Assembly (NCBI GenBank): GCA_021813655.1
Contig: JAKAJU010000183.1
Span: 1-58,386, forward strand
Origin: Chloroflexota bacterium
GTDB taxonomy: Bacteria > Chloroflexota > Limnocylindria > Limnocylindrales > CSP1-4
Length of the DNA stretch: 58,386 nucleotides
Direction of reading: 5' to 3'
Below, piece after piece: positions 37,780 to 48,188 of this stretch. The position numbers and the translations under genes are program-made. The first letter of the stretch is position 1. The number at the start of each line of letters is the position of its first letter. The notes beneath the pieces are model-generated. The model made no database searches, was not told the origin of the DNA, and saw only the letters and a program-made list of their open reading frames with translations.

Positions 37780-38561
37780 CAGATGAACCTCCGCTCGTCG
37801 AGGAAGTCGACGATCTCGCGTGCAGCATCCGCGGCCGATCCGCGCACGACGCGCGTGGCGCCCCGGACGGCGGGCGGCCGCACCCCGAGGACGCGGGTGC
37901 TCGCCGCCGCGCCTCCGACGGCTGCGGGATCGAGCCCGAGGTCCGCGAGGCTCAGGCTCCGGATCACCCGGGATCGGGCGGCCATGATCCCCTTCAGCGA
38001 CGCGTAGCGCGGCTCTCCGACGGCGATCTGGGTGACGACCACGAGCGCCGGGAGCGGCGCCTCGAGGACCATGTAGCCGGTCGCGTGGAGGCGGTGGATC
38101 CGCACGCGATCGTCCGTCACCTCGACGCTCCCCGCGTAGGAGAGGTATGGCAGGCCGCAGAGGGTCGCGACCCCCGACGCGACGACGCCGCCCCCGCCGT
38201 CGGAGCTCGCGATGCCGCAGAGGACCAGGTCGAACTCGAGCGTCGCGAGCGCCGCGGCGAGCACCCTCGCCGTGGAGAGCGCGCACGCACCGGCGAGCGC
38301 GTCGTCCGAGACGAGGACGCCGCCGTGGGCCCCCATCGCAAGAGCCTTGCGCATCGTCTCTGTGGCTCCGGCCGGCGCCATCGTCAGCAGGGTGATCTCC
38401 CCGCCGTGTGCCTCGACGAGTCTGAGTGCCTGTTCGACCGCGTACTCGTCGTTCGGATTGACGATCGGCGGGCTCGAGGCCCGGTCGAGCCGCAGGTCGT
38501 CCCCGAGGCGTTCGGTGCCGGTCGTGTCCGGCACGGGCTTCACGAGGACGACGATGCGCAC
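37779..38561 (-). CDS. etfB: electron transfer flavoprotein beta subunit
   Basis: IVVLVKPVPD, NPNDEYAVEQAL, ALAMGA, PRYASLKGIMAA. Confidence 0.95.
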   Translation of the reverse strand: MRIVVLVKPVPDTTGTERLGDDLRLDRASSPPIVNPNDEYAVEQALRLVEAHGGEITLLTMAPAGATETMRKALAMGAHGGVLVSDDALAGACALSTARVLAAALATLEFDLVLCGIASSDGGGGVVASGVATLCGLPYLSYAGSVEVTDDRVRIHRLHATGYMVLEAPLPALVVVTQIAVGEPRYASLKGIMAARSRVIRSLSLADLGLDPAAVGGAAASTRVLGVRPPAVRGATRVVRGSAADAAREIVDFLDERRFI

Positions 38562-38742
38562 GAGCAGACCTCCGGCGGCGTGACGGACGGGCGCGTCTGG
38601 GACCCGGCCCCGGGCGTCGCGGGCCCGGCGGCCACAGTGTACCGACGCGGTTCCGGGCGCGACCAGCCCGGATGCCAGCGCGCGGCGGCCGGCGGCACCG
38701 GCAGGGCGGCACAGCAGGCCACCCCGGGCTCGCCGGCCCTGA

Positions 38743-40842
38743 TCAGCCGGCGACGAGCGCCTCGGCAAGCAGCTCCGCGACGTCGAGCGCGACGACCCCG
38801 TCCGCGCCCTGTGCCGCGGCCAGTCCGTCCGTCATCATCGTCATGCAGAAGGGACATCCGACCGCAACGACCTGCGCGCCCGTCTGGAGAGCCTGCCGGG
38901 TCCTCTCCGCGTTGATCCGCGTCCCGCGCGCCTCTTCCATCCACATCCGGCCGCCACCCGCACCGCAGCAGAAGGTCCGGTTGCCGTGCCGGTCCATCTC
39001 GCGCAGCTCGATCCCGGCGACCGCGCCGACGACGGCCCGCGGTTCGGCCACGACCCCGTTGTAGCGGGCGAGGTAGCACGAGTCGTGGACGGTGACGGTC
39101 CGGCGTCGCGCCCGGCCGTCGGCGCCGCCGCCCTCGCCGCGGTCCGTCCCGGCGGCGGCCGGAACGAGGCGGCCGTCCGCGATGAGCCGGGCGAGATACG
39201 CCGAGTGGTGCACCACGGCGAACGCGCCGCCGAGCTGGGGATACTCGTTCGCGATCGTGTTGAAGCAGTGCGGGCAGGCCGTGACGATCGTCGGCGGACC
39301 ATAGCGCCGGAGCGTCTCGACGTTCTGCGTCGCGAGCATCTGGAAGACGTACTCGTTGCCCATCCGTCGGGCCGGGTCCCCGGAGCAGGACTCCTCCTGG
39401 CCGAGGACCGCGAACCGGACACCGGCCGCGTCGAGGCACGTCGCGAACGCCCGCGCGGTCCGTCGGGCGCGGTCGTCGAACGCGGCTGCGCATCCCACCC
39501 AGTAGAGGACCTCGACGTCGCTCAGCGTCCCGGCGGCGGCGAGGTCGCGGGCGACCGGCACCGGGAACTTCAGGCCCTTCGTCCAGTCGAGACGCGTCGA
39601 GGCCGGCTGCCCCCACGGGTTGCCGGACCGCTCCATCGCCGTGAACGCGGGCGCGATCTCGCGGGGGAACCTGCTGTCCTCCAGCACGAGGTTGCGCCGG
39701 ATCCCCACGATCTTGTCGACGTGCTCGATGAGGACCGGGCACGCCTGCACGCACGCGCCACACGTCACGCAGTCCCACACCGCGTCGTAGGAGATCGCGC
39801 CGTCGACGAGGGGCCGTGCCACCGCCGTCGGGGTGAGCCCGTCGTCCATCCCCGGCAGCCGGCGGACGTCCGGCCCGTTCGGGATGTAGTTGAGGCCGGT
39901 CTCCGCCTCGTCCGCGAGGTGGCGGATCCCCATGATGAAGGCCCGCGGGTCGAGCGGCTTCCCCGTCGCGTGCGCCGGACACGCCTCCTGGCAGCGACCG
40001 CACTCGGTGCAGGTGAAGCCGTCGAGGAGGTCCTTCCAGCCGAGGTCGGCGAGGGTCCGCAGGCCGAACGTCGCGTCCTCACGCTCCACGTCGAGCATCG
40101 GCAGCTGGCCGCGGGGCTCGAGCTTCCGAAGGAAGACGTTGAAGAAGCTCGTGACGATGTGGAGGTGCTTCGTCCGCGGCAGGATGACGAGGAACCCGAC
40201 GATGAGCGCGAGGTGGAGCCACCAGCACAGGGCGAAGAGTCCCTGGAGGATGGCGGCGTCGATCCCCTCGAGCGGGACTGCCAGCGCATTCGTGATGAGA
40301 GCGCCCGGCAGGGCGCCGTAGGCCGCCGCCTCGAAGGTCAGCGCTCCGAGCTCCGAGAGGACGATGCCCCCGATCATCAGGAGGATCACGACGGCCGACG
40401 TCGTGTACGCGAGCCGGGCGGGTCGGCTGATCAGGCGCCGCACGAGCGCGTACGCGACAGCCGCGAGCGCACCGACGGCGGCCACGTTCTGCAGGAGGAG
40501 GACGGCCGCCCAGAGGGCGCCGTCGAGCGGAGCGCCGACGACCCCCTGCACGAGGCCGTACGTCACGGCGTTCGCCGCCCCGACCCCGAGGATGACGAAG
40601 CCCGCGAAGATCAGGTAGTGCATGACGCCCGCGCGCGGATCGGCGAAGAGGCGCGTCTGCAGCAGCGCGTAGCGGACGAGAGCGCCGGTGCGTCGGGTGA
40701 GCGCGTGGAGCGGCCGCGACGGCGCGACGGCCGCGAAGACGCGCAGGTGCCGGGCCATCTCGAGCCCGAAGACCGCGATCCCCAGGACGAAGAACGGCAG
40801 GGCGAGCGGCCAGGCGGGTACGCGCGCGATCGACTCGATCAC
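38743..40842 (-). CDS. membrane Fe-S oxidoreductase (FadF/heterodisulfide reductase-related)
   Basis: N-terminal TMs with KHLH, CTECGRCQEACP and CVTCGACVQACP ferredoxin motifs, two CCG-type domains (CSGDPARR, CCGAGGG). Confidence 0.93.
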   Translation of the reverse strand: MIESIARVPAWPLALPFFVLGIAVFGLEMARHLRVFAAVAPSRPLHALTRRTGALVRYALLQTRLFADPRAGVMHYLIFAGFVILGVGAANAVTYGLVQGVVGAPLDGALWAAVLLLQNVAAVGALAAVAYALVRRLISRPARLAYTTSAVVILLMIGGIVLSELGALTFEAAAYGALPGALITNALAVPLEGIDAAILQGLFALCWWLHLALIVGFLVILPRTKHLHIVTSFFNVFLRKLEPRGQLPMLDVEREDATFGLRTLADLGWKDLLDGFTCTECGRCQEACPAHATGKPLDPRAFIMGIRHLADEAETGLNYIPNGPDVRRLPGMDDGLTPTAVARPLVDGAISYDAVWDCVTCGACVQACPVLIEHVDKIVGIRRNLVLEDSRFPREIAPAFTAMERSGNPWGQPASTRLDWTKGLKFPVPVARDLAAAGTLSDVEVLYWVGCAAAFDDRARRTARAFATCLDAAGVRFAVLGQEESCSGDPARRMGNEYVFQMLATQNVETLRRYGPPTIVTACPHCFNTIANEYPQLGGAFAVVHHSAYLARLIADGRLVPAAAGTDRGEGGGADGRARRRTVTVHDSCYLARYNGVVAEPRAVVGAVAGIELREMDRHGNRTFCCGAGGGRMWMEEARGTRINAERTRQALQTGAQVVAVGCPFCMTMMTDGLAAAQGADGVVALDVAELLAEALVAG

Positions 40843-41399
40843 TCTCCGCTCCCCTTCTCTCCCCGTGCCGGCGTCCCGCCGCGTCGGTCGTGGTCGTACG
40901 GCCCGGCGAGCGTGTCCAGCGCGTGCGGGAGCACCGCCTCGATCGCCGCGAGGGACTCGACGGCGCCGCGCGGGCTCCCGGGGAGGTTGACGACGAGCGT
41001 CGCCCCCCGCGCCCCGACGATGGCCCTGCTGAGGTCCGCCATGGGGGTGCGGGCGCGACCGGCTGCCCGCATCGCCTCGGCGAGCCCGGGCACGGCGCGA
41101 TCGATCGCGTCGAGGGTCGCCTCCGGCGTGACGTCGCGCGGGGTCAGACCCGTGCCCCCCGTCGTGACCACGAGGTCCGCGCGTCCGGCCCCGTCCGGCG
41201 CGTCCGCGGCGGCGGCGATGGCGGCGGCGATGGCGGCCCGGTCGTCGGCGACGACGGCGCGCGTCACCACGTAGCCGTGGCGGACGAGCCGTTCCGCGAC
41301 CGCGGCGCCGGAGGCATCCTCCCGGACGCCGGCCGCGACCCCATCGGAGACAGTGAGCACGAGCGCCGGCCGACCCCCGGCGTGGGCCCCGGCCGTCAC
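40839..41399 (-). CDS. molybdenum cofactor biosynthesis protein MogA/MoaB
   Basis: [34 protein letters not shown]. Confidence 0.93.
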   Translation of the reverse strand: MTAGAHAGGRPALVLTVSDGVAAGVREDASGAAVAERLVRHGYVVTRAVVADDRAAIAAAIAAAADAPDGAGRADLVVTTGGTGLTPRDVTPEATLDAIDRAVPGLAEAMRAAGRARTPMADLSRAIVGARGATLVVNLPGSPRGAVESLAAIEAVLPHALDTLAGPYDHDRRGGTPARGEKGSGE

Positions 41400-41998
41400 C
41401 GCGGGCGAGGCCTGGGAGCGCCGCGTTTCGGAACCGCGGGCCTTCGCGGACCGTGCGCCGCGGGACGCGCCTCCGCCTGGTCGCGATCGTCGGGCGGGCG
41501 GCGCCACTCGCCGCTCTTCCCGCCCGTCTTCTCCAGGAGGCGGACCCAGCGGATCTCGACTCCCTTCTCCACGCCCTTCACCATGTCGTAGACGGTGAGG
41601 GCGGCGACGGACGCGGCGGTGAGCGCCTCCATCTCCACGCCGGTCCGGGCCGTCGTTGCGGCCTCGGCGCGGATCCGGATCCCGCCGCCGGGCCGGTCGG
41701 GGGTGGCCGAGACGACGAGATCGGTGAGCGGCAGCGGGTGGCACAGCGGGATCAGCTCGCTGGTCCGCTTCCCGGCCATGACCCCGGCGATCTCCGCGAC
41801 GGTGAGGACATCGCCCTTCGCGCTCCGTCCGTCCAGCACCAGCTGGAGGGTGGCCGCCTCCATCGCGACGAGCGCCTCAGCCACCGCGCGCCGCGCGGTC
41901 ACGGGCTTGGCGGAGACGTCCACCATCCGGGGCCGACCCCCGCGGTCGACGTGCGTCAGCCGCCGGCGGTCGCTGCGGCTCGGGTGCGAAGGTTCCAT
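41396..41998 (-). CDS. moaC: cyclic pyranopterin monophosphate synthase
   Basis: LTH...[32 protein letters not shown]. Confidence 0.97.
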   Translation of the reverse strand: MEPSHPSRSDRRRLTHVDRGGRPRMVDVSAKPVTARRAVAEALVAMEAATLQLVLDGRSAKGDVLTVAEIAGVMAGKRTSELIPLCHPLPLTDLVVSATPDRPGGGIRIRAEAATTARTGVEMEALTAASVAALTVYDMVKGVEKGVEIRWVRLLEKTGGKSGEWRRPPDDRDQAEARPAAHGPRRPAVPKRGAPRPRPR

Positions 41999-42081
41999 CG
42001 GCTCTCCCTCGTCATCGTCGCGCGGGTGACGCTCATCGTCGCGCAGATCGCGGCCGCCGTCGCGGTCGTCGTGCGCGCCCG

Positions 42082-43224
42082 TCAGAGCGGGCGACCCGCG
42101 AGCCGGGCGCGCTCGCTGACCGTCCGGGCGACGGAGACACGGGACAGGAGCCCGACGAAGGTGCCGTCCCGGAGCACGGGCAGCGCATCGCGTCCCGACC
42201 TGTTGAGCTCCTCGAGAGCCGGCCACAGGGCATCTTCCGGGCCGAGCGCGCGGAGGTCGGCAAGGGCGGTCATCGCGTCCGCGACGCGCGTTCGCTGCCA
42301 GGCGTCACGTTTCAGCCGCCGGATGGTCCGAAGCCCGAGGACGCCCACGACGTTCCCGTCGCGTGCGACCGCGAACGCGTCCTGCTCGCCCGTCTCGAGA
42401 GCCTGCGGGGCGAACGTGTCGAGCGTCAGCGTCGGTGCGATCTCCGCCGGGTCGCCGTCCATCGCGTCCGCGACCCGGAGATCGCCGACGAGGTCGCGCA
42501 GCGTGGCCCGGCGCTCGGCGGCGATCGCGCCGGTCCGCACGAACCACCCGGCCATGATGAGGACGACGCTGTCCGCCACGTCCCCCGCGACCGCGACGAC
42601 GAACCCCGCACCGACGAGCACCAGGCCGACCGATCGCCCGACCCGCGCCGTCGTCCGCCGCGCGCGCAACGGGTCGCCCGTCAGGCGCCAGGCGATGCCG
42701 TGGACGATCCGGCCGCCGTCGAGGGGGTCGCCGGGCAGAAGGTTCGCCAGGCCGATGAGCGCGCTGAACCCGGCGCCGGCGACGAGCGCCTCGCGCACTG
42801 CATCGGCCGCAGCGCCCGCCACGGGAGTGGTGGCGACGGCGATCGCGACGAGAGCCAGCGCCACCAGGACGCTTGCCACGGGGCCGGCCAGCGCGATGAC
42901 GGCCTCGTCCGCGGCGCCGGAGAGCGGCCGGTCGCTCGCGTCCACGCCTCCGAAGAAGTAGAGGATCGACGGCCCGTAGGGGATGTGGCGCATGCGCGCG
43001 GCCGCGGCGTGCCCTGCCTCGTGGACGATGGCGCCGACGAGCGCCAGGACGGCCCCTCCGAGGCCCGCCGCCCAGGCGACGGCGGGATCCACGCCCGGGA
43101 CGACTGCCGGGAGCCGCGCGAGAGCGAGCATGGCGACGAGCACGGGCAGGACGACGACCCAGCTCACATGGAGCGTGATCGTCGCCCCGAAGAGGGCGAT
43201 GGAGGGGCTGCGGAGCGTGGGCAT
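42082..43224 (-). CDS. site-2 protease (M50) with CBS domains
   Basis: [23 protein letters not shown], two C-terminal CBS repeats. Confidence 0.92.
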   Translation of the reverse strand: MPTLRSPSIALFGATITLHVSWVVVLPVLVAMLALARLPAVVPGVDPAVAWAAGLGGAVLALVGAIVHEAGHAAAARMRHIPYGPSILYFFGGVDASDRPLSGAADEAVIALAGPVASVLVALALVAIAVATTPVAGAAADAVREALVAGAGFSALIGLANLLPGDPLDGGRIVHGIAWRLTGDPLRARRTTARVGRSVGLVLVGAGFVVAVAGDVADSVVLIMAGWFVRTGAIAAERRATLRDLVGDLRVADAMDGDPAEIAPTLTLDTFAPQALETGEQDAFAVARDGNVVGVLGLRTIRRLKRDAWQRTRVADAMTALADLRALGPEDALWPALEELNRSGRDALPVLRDGTFVGLLSRVSVARTVSERARLAGRPL

Positions 43225-43940
43225 CAGGCCGGACCCGACCGCTTCTCGGCCGCCCGGCGCCGCGATCGCCCCAGGATGGCGACCACGACCGCGAAGGCGA
43301 GGATCGCGATCGCGAGCGCGATGGACGTCTCTGTCCAGAACGACTCGGGGAACAGCTGGACGAGGCGGTCGACCCGCGGGTCGAAGGTGTACGAACCTGC
43401 CGCGAAGAAGACCCGATGGAAGATCTCGAACGCCGCGTCGAAGAAGAGCGCCAGGAACGCGCCGGCGAGCATGACGCCCGCCGCGAGGCCGGCGGACCCC
43501 AGCGTGACTCCGCGCCAGAACGCGATGCGCCGCCGGTCGACGACCCACGCAGTCACGAGGGCGATCAGGGCGACGATGTCGACAGCGCCGAACGCGATGA
43601 CCACGCGCCGCACGTCGGCCATGTGGGCCGCCTCGGGCGGCGTGAAGACCGGCACGCCGCCGTTCGACTGTGCGAACGTCCCGGGGCCGAGGAAGACCTC
43701 CGCGATGACGGAGTCGGTCACCGAGCGGATCGTCGCCGCGTCCCACCCGGTCCAGAGGTCCACCGCGCTGCGACCCTGTTCGAAGCCGACCCAGACGGGG
43801 TTGAAGAACAGCGCGATCGCCGCTCCGATGATCACGAGGACGACCGCGACCCCCGCGACGGCGGAGAGCGCGAGATCCCGCGGGCGCGCGGCTGCGCTCG
43901 CGGCGAGGGACTCCGCGGGGGTCGTCGCGCCGCCCGTCAC
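43224..43940 (-). CDS. TIGR01906/DUF1461-like integral membrane protein
   Basis: E..HMADVRRV, F..FHRVFF, LVQLFPESFW pattern with four TMs. Confidence 0.8.
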   Translation of the reverse strand: MTGGATTPAESLAASAAARPRDLALSAVAGVAVVLVIIGAAIALFFNPVWVGFEQGRSAVDLWTGWDAATIRSVTDSVIAEVFLGPGTFAQSNGGVPVFTPPEAAHMADVRRVVIAFGAVDIVALIALVTAWVVDRRRIAFWRGVTLGSAGLAAGVMLAGAFLALFFDAAFEIFHRVFFAAGSYTFDPRVDRLVQLFPESFWTETSIALAIAILAFAVVVAILGRSRRRAAEKRSGPA

Positions 43941-44326
43941 TCGCCCTCGAGCGTGCGTGCCTGCTCCCACCACACCTCGACCACGCCCGGCTCCGGTGCC
44001 GGCACCTTCAGCTCCCGGGCCGCGCGCGCGAGCCGCGACTCGAGCGCGTCGAGCTCGAGATCTCTGATGCGGGAGACCCCGGCGAGGCGCGACTGGACGA
44101 AGAGGTCGTGCTCGACTGGCCCGAGACGCGGGAGGTTCAGGAGGTGCGCCTCGTCGCGCCACTCCAGGACGTCGTTCGTGCTCGCATCCACCTGGTCGCC
44201 GAGCGTCTGGCGTCGCGTCGGGGTCGCCGAGATCTCGAGCAGGAGGCCCGTCGTGAAGATGCCCTGCCTCTCGAGCCTCTCGAGGTGGATCGGCTCGATG
44301 CGGGTGAGCGCGGTGATGGGCGGCAC
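43937..44326 (-). CDS. DUF4332-like protein (helix-hairpin-helix repeats)
   Basis: LERQGIFTT..LL, W..EA.L..LP.LG, VEVWWEQA pattern; AGGAGG SD. Confidence 0.7.
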   Translation of the reverse strand: MPPITALTRIEPIHLERLERQGIFTTGLLLEISATPTRRQTLGDQVDASTNDVLEWRDEAHLLNLPRLGPVEHDLFVQSRLAGVSRIRDLELDALESRLARAARELKVPAPEPGVVEVWWEQARTLEGE

Positions 44327-44513
44327 GTGTCGTTCCTCCTGCCGGTCCAGCCGGTCCGGCCGTGGCCCGGATGATGCCACGTCGTGTGCTCCGGGTGCAG
44401 CGCCCGGTCCGGCCGGGGCCCTCCGGGGCTCCCTGGGGCCGAGGGCCCGCCGATCGCGGCGAGCCCTCACGCGTGACACGGCGCGGGGACAGGTCACGGG
44501 GATGGGTCGCGGC

Positions 44514-46019
44514 CTACCCCTTCGCAGCGCCGAAGACCGTGTAGTGCCAGCCCTTCTCGGCCTCGCCGTCGAGCTCCACCATGACGTGCTTGATCCGCGT
44601 GTACTCGTCGAACGAGTACCGCGACATGTCCTTGCCGTAGCCGGAGTGCTTGAAGCCGCCATGCGGCATCTCGCTCGCCAGCGGCAGGTGGTCGTTCACC
44701 CACACGGTGCCGAAGTCGAGCGCCTTCGCCGCGCGCATCGCCGTGCGGACGTCCTCGGTCCAGACGGACGAGGCAAGGCCATAGCGGCAGTCGTTCGCCA
44801 TGGCGAGGACCTCCTCCTCCGTGTCGAAGGGGAGGACGACGACGACGGGGCCGAAGATCTCGCTCTGGACGACCTCGGCCTTCTGGTCCTCCGTGTAGAG
44901 GATCGTGGGCCTGTAGAAGGGCCCCGACAGGCCCGGCACGGACGCGCGCTCGCCCCCGGTCACGACCCGGACGCCCGCCGCCCGCGCCCGCCGGACGAAG
45001 CCGTCGACGCGTTCGAGCTGGGTCTCGCTGATGAGCGTGCCCATGTCCGTGGACTCGTCCGTCGGGTCGCCGACGCGGACACCCTCCATGAGGTCGGTGA
45101 ACTTCGCGAGGAAGGTGTCCAGCACCTGCCGCTGGACGTACACGCGCGTCGCGGCCGTGCAATCCTGGCCGGCGTTCACGAGGCCGCCGGCGGTGGCCCC
45201 GCGCGCGGCCGCGTCGAGATCGGCGTCGGCGAAGACGATGAAGGGAGCCTTGCCGCCGAGCTCGAGGTGAGCCCGCTTGAGGTTCCCGCTCGCGAGGGCG
45301 GCGATCCTCTTGCCGGTCTCGGAGTCGCCGGTGAGGCTCACGATGTCGACGTCCTCGTGGGCGGCGATCGCCGCACCGACGACGTCACCACGCCCCGTAA
45401 CGACGTTGAACACGCCGTCGGGAAGGCCCGCCTCCTTCGTCATCTCCCCGAGGAGCATCGTCGTGAGCGGCGTGAGCGACGCCGGCTTGAGGACGACCGA
45501 GTTCCCGGCCGCCAGCGCGGGCCCGATCTTCCACGCGACCATCATGAACGGGTAGTTCCACGGGGTGATCTGACCCGCGACGCCGATCGGCTCGCGCCGG
45601 ATCATGCTCGTGTGGCCACCGCTGTACTCCGCAGCGGAGGCGCCCTCGAGGTGCCGGATGGCGGTCGCGAAGAAGCGCAGGTTCTCCGCGCTGAACGGGA
45701 TGTCGGAGTCGCGCCGGAGCTTGATCGCGGTCCCGGTCTGCGCGGTCTCCAGGGCCGCGATCTCCCCTACCCGCTCGTCGATCAGGTCCGCGAGCCTGTT
45801 GAGCACCGCGACGCGCTCCGGCACCCACATGCCGCGCCAACGGCCATCGGCGAAGGCCGCGCGCGCAGCGGCGACGGCCCGGTCCACGTCCGCGGAGGTT
45901 CCCGCGGGCACCCGCCCGATGACCGCGCCGGTCGCGGGGTTGCGGACGTCGAACCACTCGCGGCTCGAGGACTCGCTGGTCCTGCCGTCGATCCACATCG
46001 GGTAGTCGCTGGCCGTCAT
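44514..46019 (-). CDS. aldehyde dehydrogenase, gamma-aminobutyraldehyde/betaine aldehyde dehydrogenase-like
   Basis: ITPWNYP, LTGDSETG, LELGGKAP, NAGQDC, EIFGPV, EMPHGGFKHSGYGKD; AGGAGG SD. Confidence 0.93.
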   Translation of the reverse strand: MTASDYPMWIDGRTSESSSREWFDVRNPATGAVIGRVPAGTSADVDRAVAAARAAFADGRWRGMWVPERVAVLNRLADLIDERVGEIAALETAQTGTAIKLRRDSDIPFSAENLRFFATAIRHLEGASAAEYSGGHTSMIRREPIGVAGQITPWNYPFMMVAWKIGPALAAGNSVVLKPASLTPLTTMLLGEMTKEAGLPDGVFNVVTGRGDVVGAAIAAHEDVDIVSLTGDSETGKRIAALASGNLKRAHLELGGKAPFIVFADADLDAAARGATAGGLVNAGQDCTAATRVYVQRQVLDTFLAKFTDLMEGVRVGDPTDESTDMGTLISETQLERVDGFVRRARAAGVRVVTGGERASVPGLSGPFYRPTILYTEDQKAEVVQSEIFGPVVVVLPFDTEEEVLAMANDCRYGLASSVWTEDVRTAMRAAKALDFGTVWVNDHLPLASEMPHGGFKHSGYGKDMSRYSFDEYTRIKHVMVELDGEAEKGWHYTVFGAAKG

Positions 46020-46173
46020 CGCGACGGAACCTCCTGACTGGTGCCGGGGGACGCTCATCCCGCCCCGATCCGGGTCTCCCTGCCTGAGGCTCGTGACCCT
46101 GACCGTTCGGGGCCCTGCGCCGCTCTCCCAACACCGCGGCGCGGCCGCCCAGCATAGCGTGACGTTCAGCGCC

Positions 46174-47712
46174 TCACCCGCGGAGCCGAGCCGCCTCGGT
46201 GCGGAGGATCTCCCAGGCGCGGAGGACGTCGTCGCGCGTCGTGTGGAGGCTCCCGATGGCGACCCGGATGGTGAAGCGGTCGCGCAGCCGCGTGTGCGAC
46301 AGGAAGATCTCCCCCGTCGCGTTCGCCGCCTCGAGCAGACGCGCATTCAGGTCGTCGAGATCCGCACGGACCTCCGGGTCCTCCTCGCGTGCGGCGAGGT
46401 CTCGCGGCCTCGCCCGCAGGCAGACCGTCGAGAACGGCACGGGCGCGAGGAGCTCGAAGTCCGGGTCGGCCTCCACCGCGGCCGCCAGCTCCGATGCCCA
46501 TGCGCAGTGCGCATCGAGCCGCCGGCGGATCCCGTCGAGGCCGAAGTAGCGGAGGACGAACCACAGCTTGAGCGCGCGGAAGCGGCGACCCAGGGTCGGC
46601 GTGTACTCGTTGAAGTCGTGGACCGGGGCAGCCCGGTCGAGCGTGCGCAGGTACTCGGGCACCAGGCTGAACGCGCTCCGGAGCATCGGCATCCGCCTGG
46701 ACAGCAGGAGCGACGCGTCGAGCGGCGTGAAGAGCCACTTGTGCGGATTGACGACGATCGAGTCCGCCCTCTCCCATCCGGCGAACGGGCCCCGCCTCTC
46801 GGGCACGATGGCCGCGGCGCCGCCATACGCCGCGTCCACGTGGAGCCACAGCCCCTCGCGTCCGGCGATCGCCGCGATCTCCGCGACCGGGTCGATCGCC
46901 GTCGACGACGTGGTCCCGAGCGTCGCGACGATCGCGATGGGGCGCATGCCTGCCGCCCGGTCCTCGGCGATCGCCTCGGCGAGCGCGGTCACGTCCATGG
47001 CGAGCGAATCGTCCGTCTCCACGCGGACCAGCGCCTCACGGCCGAGCCCGAGCGTCATGCACGCCTTCTCGATCGACGAATGGGCCTCCTCCGACGCGTA
47101 GACGCGCAGCCGCGGGACCTCGACCCGGCCCGCGATCCCCCTGGCCGACGCGTGCACGCCCGCCGCCTCGCGCGCGGCGCCGAGCGCGATCAGCGACGAG
47201 GTGGACGCGGTGTCCGTGACGAGCCCGGAGAAGGCGGCCGGCAGCCCGAGCGCATCGCGGAGCCAGTCGACGACGACCTCCTCGAGCTCCGTCGCGACGG
47301 GCGACGTGCGCCACAGCATCGCGTTCGCGCCGAGCGCCGCGATCAGCATCTCCGCGAGGATCCCGGGGCCCGATGCCGTCGTCGCGAAGTACGCCATGAA
47401 GCCCGGGTGCTGCCAGTGGGTCGTGTTCGGCACGACGAGGCGGACCACGTCGTCCAGGATCGCCGCCACCGGCTCCGGCTCGGTCGGCGCCCTGGGCGCG
47501 AAGAGCCCGCGCAGGTCCCCGGGCTCGACGGGCGGGAACACCGGGAACCCGCGCACGTTCGCGAGGTAGTCGGCGATCTCGTCCACGGTGGCGTGCCCGG
47601 CCGCACGGAAGCGCTCGGGGTCCATGTCGCCGGTCCCTCGACGCTGCTCGTCGTCGAGCGTCTCGAGGCCGCGCGCAGGTGCGACGTCGCGGGGATCCTG
47701 GCTCGTGGTCAT
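46174..47712 (-). CDS. PLP-dependent group II decarboxylase (aromatic-L-amino-acid decarboxylase-like)
   Basis: HWQHPGFMAYF, SPVATELE, AHSSIEKA, HVDAAYGG, NPHKWL, GRRFRALKLWFV. Confidence 0.93.
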   Translation of the reverse strand: MTTSQDPRDVAPARGLETLDDEQRRGTGDMDPERFRAAGHATVDEIADYLANVRGFPVFPPVEPGDLRGLFAPRAPTEPEPVAAILDDVVRLVVPNTTHWQHPGFMAYFATTASGPGILAEMLIAALGANAMLWRTSPVATELEEVVVDWLRDALGLPAAFSGLVTDTASTSSLIALGAAREAAGVHASARGIAGRVEVPRLRVYASEEAHSSIEKACMTLGLGREALVRVETDDSLAMDVTALAEAIAEDRAAGMRPIAIVATLGTTSSTAIDPVAEIAAIAGREGLWLHVDAAYGGAAAIVPERRGPFAGWERADSIVVNPHKWLFTPLDASLLLSRRMPMLRSAFSLVPEYLRTLDRAAPVHDFNEYTPTLGRRFRALKLWFVLRYFGLDGIRRRLDAHCAWASELAAAVEADPDFELLAPVPFSTVCLRARPRDLAAREEDPEVRADLDDLNARLLEAANATGEIFLSHTRLRDRFTIRVAIGSLHTTRDDVLRAWEILRTEAARLRG

Positions 47713-47748
47713 GGCGGGGAGTCTACGCCGCGCGCCCCGGAGAACGCG

Positions 47749-47780
47749 GACACCCCCGTCGCGTAGGCGACGGGGGTGTC
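47749..47780 (-). terminator. hairpin terminator after the microprotein genes
   Basis: GACACCCCCGTCGC-GTAG-GCGACGGGGGTGTC, a perfect 14-bp stem; weak U tail. Confidence 0.7.
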
Positions 47781-47822
47781 GGGTGAGCTGCGAGGGGGCG
47801 TCTACTCGGTGCGACGCGTCCC

Positions 47823-47978
47823 TCAGCGGCTCGTCGGTCGGCGCGTCACGCTCCGCCGGAGGAGGAGCTCGAGCGGGCGCATGCGCGCCGGTCGGCGGTG
47901 ATGGTTGCGGTCGGCTTCACGCTGGAGCTCGGCCGCCCTGTCCTTCGCAAGAAGGAGCGCGACGCTGCTGTTGAGCAC
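47823..47978 (-). CDS. 51-aa basic hypothetical microprotein
   Basis: AAAGGAGG SD before GTG; MLNSSVALLLAKDRAAELQREADRNHHRRPARMRPLELLLRRSVTRRPTSR. Confidence 0.65.
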   Translation of the reverse strand: MLNSSVALLLAKDRAAELQREADRNHHRRPARMRPLELLLRRSVTRRPTSR

Positions 47979-48035
47979 CGCGGGACCTCCTTTCGGTCGC
48001 TGGTGCGCCCCCACGGACCGCGGGAGCGGGTGGTC

Positions 48036-48155
48036 TCAGATCCAGGGGCGGACGTCGTCCCGGAACGAGAGCCGGGAGTCCGCGCCGGCGGTGGTCGCAA
48101 GGCCGGCAAGGATCGCGAAGAGCGCGGTCCCGGCGATGATCACGATGATGCTCAT
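48036..48155 (-). CDS. 39-aa single-TM microprotein (GADSR motif)
   Basis: MSIIVIIAGTALFAILAGLATTAGADSRLSFRDDVRPWI; first ORF after a near-consensus promoter. Confidence 0.65.
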   Translation of the reverse strand: MSIIVIIAGTALFAILAGLATTAGADSRLSFRDDVRPWI

Positions 48156-48188
48156 GGCGTGCCGTCCGTTTCCTGTCGTTCGAGCGGG

